Source of the DNA: Phoronis australis
Lineage: Eukaryota > Animalia > Phoronida
Reading direction: 5' to 3'
NCBI GenBank assembly: GCA_002633005.1
Contig: NMRA01000011.1
Coordinates: 311,970-375,969, forward strand
Length of the DNA stretch: 64,000 nucleotides
Each line of letters opens with the position of its first letter. Positions within the stretch are counted from its first letter, which is position 1. The translations under genes and the position numbers were made by a program. Below are positions 25,501 through 38,490 of this stretch, one piece after another. Under the pieces are notes generated by a model, which saw only the letters and a program-made list of their open reading frames with translations, had not been told where the DNA came from and searched no databases.

Positions 25501-28500
25501 TGGTCGAAGACGTAGCTACAAGTCGGCATTCTTGTATGCCAGAGGTCAAACAGACTGATGAAAAGGATTGTAGCGATTGAACGTTTCAGTTAGGGCCGTG
25601 TCTAAATTCGTTTTCATCCATTAATGGTAATCTATTAATTTTAATAATTAAAACTCACAGCCGAGAATATTCATTAATATCCCTAATGGTTTTAGCCCTA
25701 AAGCAATCTGAACATGATTTTAGATATGGTTTCTACATTGTTTTGTATTACTCTGCTATTATTCTGTGCTAGTGATCCATTTGTCGTACCATCGATGGTG
25801 TTACTGTAGGTAAACGGCAAATCTATAGTAGAAATATTTACTGACAAAATATAAACATTTCATGTTTACATGGAATTCAGTTTCACTCACTATGACAGTA
25901 AAGAATATATGTGGCTGCCAGAGGCCAGACTGGTATTTATTTTTCCCAGCAACAACGGTAATATGTAGAACGTTACACGTTACGCATAGACAAAAGATAC
26001 CGAGATGTTGCCTAGATGTGCTTGCTCGCAGCTATTTATCTACACTGAGAAGGTATATACATAATCACTTAGAATTAGCGACGAACATCCATACTGTGCT
26101 AAACACTCACACCACGAATAGAGACCCGGGAATTTCTGTTAGCCACGATTACATTTTTGATGGCTCCTCACATTTGGTTACAGATTGTTTCTTCAAAAAT
26201 ATTAAGGTTAAGTTTAAAGGGCGACAGTTAGCGACTTGTAATCAATTGAAGGAATTTGTTCTCTTATATTTCTGGTTTAGTAAAATCCCTAACTTCAATA
26301 AGTAAATCGTGTCCAACAAAATTAATAAAAATGCGTTTATTTGCCCTAAAACTGACAATGTTCCTTTAAACACACTTTCACAACGATTAATTGGAAGTGT
26401 AATGACAGAAGCTGATTTTTTCCTTAAATTTCAAGGACGGGTTTAACTTTTGGGTAATACAAAGAGCAAAAAGCGCCATTTCAGCATAAATACGCGTCAT
26501 GGGGTTTATTTTCTGAATGCCCACGTGATGACCTCGGAATGACCCTTTGTCCTGAGGAAAGATGAGTGTGTCAAACTCACGCGCTACATGACACGGGCCA
26601 GGATTCACTACTGGTTTACATAATGTAGCAGTGTGAATTTTAAAATTTTGTGACGTCACAACTGGCGAAAGGTTGACTGTGAGGTATACAGAAGAAAGAG
26701 TCACGAGCACGTTTATCTATTTTAAAATTTACTTTATTTCATTAGAATAACCAATAACGTACATATTCACATAACAATTCATACTAAAACACATAAGTAC
26801 AAAATCATGACGAAACCAAGTTCGAATTCATACTGCAACATTATACGTTAATTGCTTATTGACCTTCGCGTAGCCTTTTATGACTTCTAGCAAGTGTCTT
26901 TTAAAATAGCAAAAAGGTACTTGCACGTATCACATGCATATATTTCATGGAAGGATAAGTGACCACTTCACAATCAACTCATAAATACCATTTATTGAGA
27001 AAACACTCCCATGTATTTACATTACGAGACTTTTTTGTCCTCCATAACCCTTTGCTAGCTAGTTATTTGCAAACCTTTCCAAGTATGGCACTCATGAATT
27101 CAGTTTCTTCCGTAAGAATTATTGAAAATCAACGTCACTGTTTCCATCTTGCGGACAGCCAGCGCTACCTATTGCCACGGACACAAGGGACTATACAATG
27201 ACAAAAATGTTCATACAAGCATCACTAAAACTAATAAATATTTATATACAGTGCCCTGCCGACTAACTTGTAATGTTATTAAAAACACAAAAACAGATGA
27301 AGGATTATTTACAAAAGAGTGATTTTTTACATTATCATGCAGCTGCCCGGCGGTATATGTTTTCAGAGAAGATCAAACGAAAAACCAATTTCTGTTTCAA
27401 TTAAGGCTTTAAATTTTCAAACTCCACGCACAAAGCACTTTTTCAATTAAATATTAAAATGTGTTTTTTATTCCATGGTTTTTAATGCACATGGACTATG
27501 CCAAACAAAGATATCCTAATTTATTGTTTATTTGATAAAAGGCAATGATATGCAATTAATCACGTCATTGAATTTGTCTGCTTCGACAATCTTTATCCGA
27601 TGTCAGATACAATGTTTCAAACTTACATTGCAAACGATATACAACTTCAGGTGAACGATGCCGCTGAAAACTGCCTAAAAGGTGGCGTTGCAGACAAGTA
27701 GTGAAATCGCATTTCATAAGCTTTGATCATCAACAACTTCACACCAACGAAAAATGCAAACCGGAAGACAAGGGGTTAAAACTAACAAGAGAAATCGCGT
27801 ATTACTAAAGCACCGCTGTGGTCTGTTGAAAGGAGTGCGATAAAAGAAACACACAAAAATATAAAACCGATCGACACACAAGTACATGTAGGTATCCCTC
27901 CTATTCGCTGTTTTTCGCGAACAAGACGAACACTGAGTATCATTGAAAACTGTTGCCGGCGATGTGTCACCTTTTGCATGGCAAAGACATAGAGGCAGCG
28001 AAAAACATCGGTTGTTAAATGTAAAATGCGCCGCATGTCGCCTTTCGCAAAATGGCTGAGCACAAGAGCCGACGCGAACGTAATTATGAATACTGATTCG
28101 GTAAAGATTCAACAAAATTCATTTACAAGGAATGAGATACATGCCTAATTCTTCACGTTATGTTGTTTCTAAGCGACTGGATAATACAGTGGAAATCGAG
28201 GAAGTCCATGTGATCAGCACAATTAACAATTTAATGAGTTGAACAAATAAAACAAGATTCACATGTTAAGGACTTCAATGTAAGAGAATACTGCGCTTTT
28301 TTAGAAAAAGTTCTGACTATTTACAGAGTGCATAAAAATTTGGTCCCCCTTCAGCAATTGCTTTAGCACCATGGAAATATTGACGAGTTCCTCTCAGAAT
28401 TTTCAGCTGTTCAGTTGTTGCAGTCGTGACGTTGTGCAGATGGTGAGACTGATTCACGAGCAACGTGGCCATGGAAACAGGCGCAGAGCAGCAGAATTGA

Positions 28501-31500
28501 GCAACAATCAGGGGTGCATCCAAAGGCGGTATTACTTCCGGCCGAGCGGATTGATCGATACTAACCAGGGGCGGCCGACTTTCTGTAAATAGAGTCAGTT
28601 AGTGTGAATGTCATTAAATGCTGCCTTAGTGTCTGAAATGAAAGCTAATAATAAACTGAAACAAAATTCCCACCCAGTATGACAATTTTTCTTACATGCT
28701 GAACAAAACATATTTGACCTGTGCCTTTCAAAATGTAGATAGCGTAATGTCTCACCTCATCAGACGGCATTGCCGTTTGTCTCTGTCCCATGATCAAGTT
28801 AATCGGCTCATCATTTGGTGCCGTTCACATCGGTGTCTTTTAAAAGTCGCTGATGTCACCTTCCACATTACTGTAATACAAAATGAAGAGTCAAGTCATG
28901 AGAGAGAGCAAGGGATTTCATGCGTTGCGCTCTCCACATTGTAGATCGCTGAAAGGTCTACGAGAATGGATGAATGTTTACCCGGTGATGATTTCAAAAC
29001 ACATCACCAGGGCGAACGTTCATCCGGCCACGATAGACACATCGACTTTTCTTGAAGCTGTACCCGAATGATGAATTAAGCCTCATTATTTGTGCATCGT
29101 TATTTTCATCATTAATAGCTCATGTGGTGGATTTACAACATTGACTGACTTTGTAAAACAGTACCACTGTGCCAAGTCTTTCGTCTTTTCTGTCATTGTC
29201 ACAATCATCATATTTGTCTCCGTCCTTATTGTGGTCGTCGTCACAAACACTACAACTGCACACATGCCTGAACATTTTATGTTCAGACATCCGCACGTGC
29301 ACTGAAAAAGAACAGCTGGACGTCGCCTTCCTCGTTAGTCACGAGAAGTTCATAAATTGATTCTCTGTGTAAAATGAAATTAGTTGTTACGATCAAAAAG
29401 TACGTTTACTTTTTCACCACAACTTCTCGGCAGTGCTGATTTGTGTGTGTTTATAATTTGGAAAGTACAAATCATGCGTAAAGGAATTCGTAATCGATGC
29501 AGATAGCATTACCGTTTACGAATACATTGAATTTTGACACATTTGGTTAAATATAGAGTGATCACTTTGTCGGTTTGTAATTTTGTAATTGAGAAATTAT
29601 GCCAACGCCACCAGGTGTCGCTATCGCCAAAAATCACTACATTTGTACAGTCATTTTGTCTTGAGGCATTGCAGGTCTACTACATTTATAAGCTGTGGGT
29701 GGAATGAATGTTATTTCCACCTGACTAATATTAAATGTCTCATATCTTGCTCTGACAATCTAGATGAGAAAAAATAAACACCTGACTTTAACTTTTTGCA
29801 TAAATGTGTGATGGGATTTTTCTGGAGATGTTTATTCAGGTCATGTGTCCCTTGTCACTGAACAGATAGCATTCTTTCGCGTACAAACGTAGGAATTAGT
29901 GCACTGCTTCGGTTTATTATGTAAATCCTCTGCCTTTCTCGTAGTCATGCAAAGTCTCTTTGTTTCTGGGTCAACACCCTGGGGTAGCCCCACATAACAA
30001 AGATAAGGAAAGTACCGATTCGAAGTGAAAAGTGGCTTGCTCACGACCAGTATTCCCTACGAGTACAGGGAGCCTTTTTCTATTTAACTCAGTCACAAGA
30101 GGGTTCACTTTGGGAGCTCGAAATTCTACAGAGATTTTACCGTATTTTAAAGGTCTGGTTTCAAACGAGATACCCATTTTGACAACATGGCATCTCTTCT
30201 TGTATCGTTTCAAAATTCAAATGTTCAAGAATCGGTACGAATGGGAATATATGGTTTCTGGAATTAGGTCCTACAAAAGAGTGGTTTTCTTGGAACAAAA
30301 ACGTACAAAACGGTGATTTTGTGGAAGCTCCCTTGAAAAGGGTTTCGTTTTTTCTAGTCCACTCTCTCATTCCCCAGTGGCCTCGTAAAAAATATAGTCG
30401 ACGGAGTACCCCGGGTGAAGAGATATTAGATGCGGATGAGATAGAGGAAAATACAGAACAACTCTGACTCTGAATATATTGCCAGGTTAAGTTCAATCAA
30501 ACACGCATCAAGTACTAGGTCCAGAAACAAATGATCTTGAATTGGTGATTGTTCATCGCCCGTGTTTCTAGCTTCATTGAAATGCTTCCGACTGCGCGCT
30601 TGTTCCATGGTTGTCAATGACAATTCAACCGTTAGATGTCGCTTCAATCAGTATGCCAAAATTTCAAAAGGTGAAAACGTCGTTAAGGAGACAAACTGCT
30701 GCAGAAAGAGGAACCATGTTTTCTTTTTTAAAAGCAATGACCACAATTCATTAGTAATAAATATTTGGGGTGAAATCTGTTTTTTACCAAGCAACAAAAG
30801 GGGTTTGCGCGGCTAATTAGTAATTATACGTGTTTTACTAATCTATAATCCAGTAAAAATTCCCGAACAAACCTTGATTTAACATTAGTACTCGTTTCTT
30901 CGTTTGGTCGACCTTTGCCATGTGTTTTGTATTTCTGATCCCTCACCGAAGGAAGGCCGAGTTCGCATTACCCTATATTTTATCACTGAACTATTTCATT
31001 AATTGAATACAGACGGCGGGGGGTCACTGGAGTACATATGTATTTTATAAGCCGACAGTCTTGTAAAGATACAATATACGTCTGTGTACACTTTCGGCAG
31101 GACTCCATGAATGAAGCCATTTTATCTAAATACTTGCGCTTTGAACTTTTGTTAGTTTGCCCCGAAGCAATTCAGGTGAGACGATCGCCTAGCAACGACA
31201 AATAGTAGGCAATAGTTGTAAGTTAATTGAAGTTTTTCGATCGATTTACGGGGCCAATTAAAACTGGGGTCATTGAAATGCTGCTTTTGAGTTTAACTTT
31301 TGTCCAGCAATTGATAAGAAATGCAAAACAATGAAAATTGAGCTGCGCCGACAAAAGACATCTCTTATGTGATGATCTTCTGAGAAAATTCATTAGAAAG
31401 ATGAGCAACTATTAAGATTTTGCTGTAAAATATTTCATAGAACAGATCAAATGATACATTCGAAAAATTGTTTCACTTCAAAAAAATATATACTATACAT

Positions 31501-34500
31501 CTCTCGTCTGATCAAATGCCATTTCAAATTTGAAATATTAATTTAAGTTTTCAACGAGTTCAAATTGTACTCTAGGACTACGTGATCGAAAGCGCGAAAA
31601 AAAAACTTTGAACAAAGGCAACAGTTGAAACGCAAAAGCCCAAGTAAATACGATTCTGTAGTAGATAACGCTAAGGTTGAAACAGGTTATATTTGCATTG
31701 TTTAGGGTCACGTGAATGTCGAATAATTTACTTCAATTCGTTGCGGTGTAATTTTTGTTTAAGACCAGTAAAAATTGTAAATTTAAGGGGGATGCAAAAT
31801 TAAGTGCCCATTGGTTTCATCAGCATGTTCCATAACCGTGTATACAATAGGCAACACTTAAACACTGAACTTATTCTGCTTCCGTGAATTTAGATCTTCG
31901 TCATACATTGAACATTATCCTGCCGAAGATCGGCAAAAAATACCACCTGCCGTGTATATTTTGGATGTCTCCCATTGCGTCTTGATGCAACAAATAATTA
32001 TGAGTCAAATCGACAACTGAATCAATTAAATGCCACAAACATTACGCGAAGGTAACTGAAAAATAGATATCTAACGACTTAGATTTTACCTGATGCCGTT
32101 CAGTTGTACATTATGAGTGGTTAGAGACCTAAAATAAGGTGGCCGTCACAATATTAATAATACTTTGGTGGCAGAAAGATGCTCCAGATATCTGGCTTTT
32201 CACACCAAACGCCCATTGTTACAAATGATGTACGCTAAACGTGTGTCATTGTCTCCTTTCTTCTCTACTTTCTTTCTTTTTTCTTTCACATAGACTTTTC
32301 TCTCTCTCACTTATATTTTTTATCTCGTTGAAACGTGTGTTCTTGTTGTCTGTGGGTGGTACACGATACGACGAGCGTTTTGTTTGTGTTCGTTTACACA
32401 TTACAAACAAGATGTAATTTACTGACAAAAAATGATGGGTGTGTAAAATTACGATAGAATAACTTTTAGAAATTGTTGGTCTATCCAAGGTAAAATTTAA
32501 ACTGAACTGTCAATAGAAATCGCTATCGGCAGTTTCCCAAAGTAGATGCAGACGATCTAAATGTGCTACCACTCAACCATTAAACTGTGGAATTTCTCAA
32601 AAATGTGCACTTAAATTCGGTTAGCATTTGACAGAATTTCCAGAAATTGTGTCACCCATTAGCAACTTTCTTTTCTTCGTAAGTGTTAATGCCTTATATA
32701 CATTTATTTTTAAACAAAATGAGTCTTGCGTTTATGACTGCTCCAAATTATAGAATCATGATATTCTTTTGTTCATTTTGAGCAGATGGTGAAAATAATT
32801 GAATAAAATTATTTCAGATGTGTTGCTGTATTTAAGTTTATTTGAGTACGTAAAATCAAAAAGTAACACAATTAATTCGGCAGTTTCCCCTGTCGACGTT
32901 AACTTACTTTATTGCGCCTATTATTTGATTAAACGACAATCGAAAATCATAAATTTGAACTACTATGGAAAGTTTTGGTTACCAATTCTACAGATGTATT
33001 CAAACTATTCATTCAGGTTAGCGCCTAAAAAAACTACGCTGTTCAATCGTCATTGAACACTTTCATACAATGCGCGAACTAGTTGACGGCTAGTAGCTCA
33101 GGTACATTTTCGATCAATTAAAAGACTTTGTTTTCACACCGGTACAAAGGCACAGCGTTTGTGCCCAGTTAGTTCGTGGTTTCCTTAAAAACGACCTTTT
33201 CTAAGCACCCTTAGAAAACCACACTTCTCGTTGACAATGAATTCCATTGAAACTCCAGACTAGCCCGCAGTTGTCAGTAAGCTAACAATGGAGTATTTTT
33301 TCATTTGTTTTTCTAACCCTGTGTAGAAGAAATTTGGTCTGGCCTGATTTTTGTAAAGACACAATGCAAACCAGGCTCTTCTATAGTGGAGCAGTTTGTT
33401 GAGTAAATGTCGACTTATTTCACGGCATGTAGGTGGTTTGCTAGGCGTGTTTAGATACGGCCATGTGTGAATAAAAATGTATAGGCTGTCATGAGAAAAT
33501 TGCTAGTTTCTTTTTCACAATAGGTACACATAGTTTTATACCACTGGTACATGAATGCTTTATTTCAATAAGGCATCGGGTTACCCTCGTATTATAATGT
33601 TCAACCCAAAGTTTTCATGAGATGTATCGAACAGCATCATGGCCACGAGTTAGAGAAGATTGTTTTACAAATCTCACACCATGCGGAGTATTCTGAACAG
33701 GGAAAATGCCTTGGTCTGCACATGTATTCTATTGCCCTGTTGCCATCTTCACAGTGTCTACAATTCATAATCAATCCAAAATATCTCTACAATTGTCGAC
33801 GCACACATACTTTTAACAATATAGCGTTCTATTTCGTTGGGATTTGACAAATAAAGTTTCATTCGCCACGTAACCTTTACAATTTCGTGTCAGCTGTTCA
33901 CCAAAGCGCCATTCGCAGCTGATATCTATTTGTGAGTCATCGAAAAAAGGTTTGTTTATCCTAAAAACATTACACAACCTCTGCACAAGGACTTACCATT
34001 GCAAGAGTTCATATTAATATTAAACAGGCTCACAGTACCAGTGGCGTGGCCGGTCATTACTCGACAGATAATGATTGTACACAACCTGTGTCATGCAATA
34101 TACAAAGCAACAAACATTCAACGAAACATGTCATAAAGAACACTTTATATGAACACGGTAAGATGTCGATAGCATGCTGGGGATTCCCGCCAAAATGGAT
34201 GAGTGTGGATCTAGTCATGGCTCGTATCACGCATGGACCAGACACACAGTCATGCATTGCGGCGTAAGGTTGGTGCCGGTTTCGCTCGCCAGCTCCCGAT
34301 CTCGGGCCGGGCATGGCGTGCGTTCGTCAAAGCGTTCAGACGTTCTACTTTCATCAATCCCGTTCAACGTACATTGATTACGACTTAATTTGATGTCATT
34401 CATAATTAATGTAAAGAATTATGTATTCGTCGTCATATGGACGAATGTTACAATTGAAAATACACAAATATTCCGAATACGTTAGATTATCGCAAACGCG

Positions 34501-37500
34501 GTCGACACGGGGTCACCAAATAGTATAAACATGGTTATACATCCAATCGATCAAACTTGCCGCACTCCGCTCCAGGGGTCACGCTGAATCATATTTAACA
34601 TAGTTTTTTCCTGTTAAGAACGAACTTTCGCATCAAATTTGATCCTTCCTGTTGCGGTTCAGTTAAGTTCACTTCACAATCCCACTGTCGTGAAACACAA
34701 GAAACGTCTCCGTGAAATTAGATGTGCAAGTCTTTGCTAAAACTCCTGTTACGCCTGGGCTATCACTCGAAATGTAATAAATCGTTTCCCTTGTAAACCG
34801 TAGCTCTTCTTTTTCGACTTCTTTAGTGCCCGAAGGAGACACGAGTAATGTCCGATTGTGGTTCACTCTTGCAGAAAAGAGACGCTCCTATTGCGCATGT
34901 GCAACGCAGAAGTTGGATGCGCAGTGACAAAAACGAGGGCTTATGAAAATAGTAAAAGCCTTTTCATAATTCAACGCGTTTATAGATCGCCATTGCGAGA
35001 ATCAATAGACATCAGGAAAAAAGCAGACTAACTCCCGTGCCGTTCAATAACATTGCGCACGCACTGAATCGACTTTGGAAGAGCTTGGCATATCTAGCAA
35101 ACGCGACCGACCGTCCAATCAAGCACAGGACCTGAACTTATATTGGCATGGGTGCCCAGTATCCTATTCCAACTTGGTACGCTGCATGAATAAAGTGATC
35201 TGTGACCCGACAACTTTTATATCTTGAGCTATAGACCACTGTGGGACAATCGACACCCTTTCAATTTATTTATAAGGCCGCGTTGGTCGGTTTGTTATCA
35301 TAGGCGTTATTATTGCTGGCGGAGATTTGCTTATTAGTTCGTCATACGCGCCTTGTGAATAGAACACAATATTATCTAAACAAAACTAAAAATTCTATAC
35401 ATTCTTTTGCGTCCGTTTCCTTTAGAGTTCTATAGACGATTGATAGAAACTGATTGGTCTATACTTTCCCGCCTAAACTAATTTCTTTCGCCTCACCTAT
35501 TTCTTGCGACAATGCAATCAAAAAACAGGTTTAGGAAAATTGTGTTAGTTTAACTAACCATGAAAATTGCATTAAACTGAAACGGCGTACTGTATTTGTC
35601 AAACAAAGATAAGTATATATTTTCAAATCGGACCCATTTTTGGTTTCACATTAGAAAAAGGCACGAGCTAAAATCAGATTTTCTCAATTTGTTTGAACAG
35701 AGTTGTTCAAAACTGCCTATATGCAGATTTTTCATTTGACGTTTGCCCTAGTATATCTCAACTTTACCCTCAAAAAATAACAAAAAATACTAAAATAGGG
35801 AAATGTTTTTCCGTATCATGACCTCTCTTAACAGAACAACTTGAACTTAAATCACCCCATCACGAATGATAACGGTTGATGAAAAATATTCTGATAATAA
35901 TTTCGTTTTTCGTGTACCATACATGTTCTTCTTTCTAAAAAAACCCGACGAATCGTAACATTTTATATGTTTCAGTCAGGTAAGTACAAAGTTCAATCAG
36001 ATAAAATACGAATCAAAGTATTCATTTTTATTTTTATAGGTTTTCAATTGTGATCACAGAAGTTAAATTCGTTGATACGTACTCAGAGGCTGTATACACG
36101 TTGTGGTTTACCCGAGTTTAATTAGTACGCGGTGAGCCATTGACAGGGATCACGTGACGTGCTCTGGTTTTTTCATATCCAATCACGCTGGGTAAGTCAG
36201 GAAAGGTCAATATCCTTTCACAATGACGAGCACGGGACCTGACCTATAACCTGCGAGTTCTTTGACACAGTTCCGTGCGAAATATATGTTTCAGGATTTT
36301 TTTTCGACGAACGTAGTTCAAATTAAGTTAATGCCTTTTTTCTTAATAATACAAATTGGTTGAGAATCATAACCGCCATGAAAACACGATAACGCCGGGT
36401 TCATTGGTCGTAAAATAGGTCATACTCGTCAACAACGGCTGGGGTGAACAACATTATTCCGATAAATCAACACGATTTGTTTTCAACTTCCTATGCTTCT
36501 TTTTCAAATGCGAATAAGTCAGAAACGCTTACTCGACTTACATCATTGAACTGTAGTTTTTTACGAAATTTTAAGACCAGGCCGCGATTTTAAAATCTAA
36601 TCCCGGCACCAACGTGTGTTCTGGTGACTTGTGTATGCGTATTTCGACAATATTGCTCGGAGGGGTGGGTGTAAGCATGCTATCGACATCTGAAAGAAAA
36701 GGACACTACAAAAAACGAGTCTAAGACTCAAGAAGTACTTACTCATTTTCCGCCACTTAGCCTTCGTCTTCATTACTATTGTCTCGTCGCAGAGGTCCTG
36801 TATGGAGGTTCCAGTCTCCGCAGCTCCCTTCTCCTCTGTCATCGCCGTTTTCACTAACCTCAGAATCCCACAAATCAATCACTTCGTACTTCGGCGTAGG
36901 CCAAAAAAACAACAGCCGTGACTCACATATTACAAGGAACGCAATGCACTAAACACCTTCTTTGATATGCGCATCGATATTTATACCGGAAACACAACAT
37001 GTATTGTTTACACACTCATTCTTGCTGCGATGTAAACAGCTGAGAAATCTGAGAGAAACTGGTAATCTCTCAGCATAGAATCCGTTATATACAGTCCAGA
37101 AGATGGCAGAGTCGGGTCGTATCCTGGCATGACACCTACTTGAACTAAATAGTTTATTAATTATTTCTATGGCCTCAGAAGCCCTTTTATCATGTACCTA
37201 ATGCCATGACACAGTCAGTCAAGGATAACCCTGTGTTAACCTCGTTGTGGCTATTAATAGCATTACCTTAGCTCAGGGGTGATTCCCTCAGTGCGCATGT
37301 CGAACGTGGTTTAGTTTTACATAACGTAAACAGGCGAGTGTAGCTGCGCCAATAGAACGGTTTACAGACTACATACATTCAGATCAAATCATTGATAGGG
37401 AATAGCTGATCAAAATTTGGCACAATCAACACTTATTCATTATGTGTTTATTGCAAACACGTTGTGATGTTCTTTTTGAGTTGCGTATTTACGAATAGGT

Positions 37501-38324
37501 TTCGTGGTAATTATAGAATTCGACTGATGTGTTCTGTAGTGTTGTTGTGTGGTGAAAATGAGGATTCGTATACTGCTTTGCTGTGGATTCGTCGCTCACA
37601 TCTCTAAGCTTGTTTGCATAACTTAAGACAATCAATGTTTCCTGGTTCTGCTTTCGCCAGACGCGTCTGTTGAATACCTGTATTTCAATTGATAACAAAT
37701 ATTTTGATATCTACAGGTCTCACAGTGACTGGCTGAATGTGTTGATATAATCGGTCAACGTATTGCTCGGTCAACCTTCAACAACCCTAGGTCAAGGGTC
37801 ACGGTGCGAACGTGACCTGTGGTGACCCAATGACCATAAACTGTACAACCTACGCGGCTGCGGTTAAACAAACGCGATGGGCAAATGCAAACGATGAGTC
37901 CCAGGATCGTCCAGTCAAGACTAAATGACTCCACTGCCACCTACACCCCCGTGACGTAACTTGAATTGCGATATTTTCGAATAGTTTCCCTTCCGTTCCA
38001 GTAAGACAAAATAGAAACCCTACGCGTTTCAGTCCATATGTGATGTGCATTATTTTAGTGGCAATCTACTCGTAAACTTAGAGCATTTGAGTTTTCCTTT
38101 GGCATTTAAACATTATCTCGGAATAGTTAAAAGAACTTCTGTCCGTTTATCAAAATTAGGGCTAGCACCTGTGTTATTTATTTTCTGGTTTAAATAAATT
38201 TGGCATTGTCGATACGATAGCTCCAATCTGTTGTCATTGGTCTCAAACCCCCAACTTGCTATCAACAACTAGCGAAGTGCCACCATAAACTTGATGGTAT
38301 TGGAAAATCACCGTGTCCTGTCTC

Positions 38325-38490
38325 CCGTTCAGTAACGCTAGGACCTCGCTAAAAAGCAAGACTTCGCGAGATTACGTAAGACACTTATATTGCCGTGCAT
38401 TTTAAATGAGAGCACGTGACTTTGACTAGGTTTTGGCTAGGTCCTAGCGTAGGTCCTAGCGTAGGTCCTAGCGTCTACTGAACGCACGCT
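38325..38490. mobile_element. Short MITE family copy (others at ~14955-15060 and inverted at ~38690-38860)
   Basis: Ends cgttcagtaacgctag / ctagcgtctactgaacg; shared core caagacttcgcgagattacg...gagcacgtga; internal (taggtcctagcg)x3. Confidence 0.6.

Noticed and set aside
29950-30470. Long stop-poor plus-strand frame
   Set aside because: It contains stops, has no recognisable motif and no convincing splice sites
38438-38473. 12-bp unit repeated three times, considered as CRISPR-like
   Set aside because: No spacers, eukaryotic context, and it lies inside a MITE
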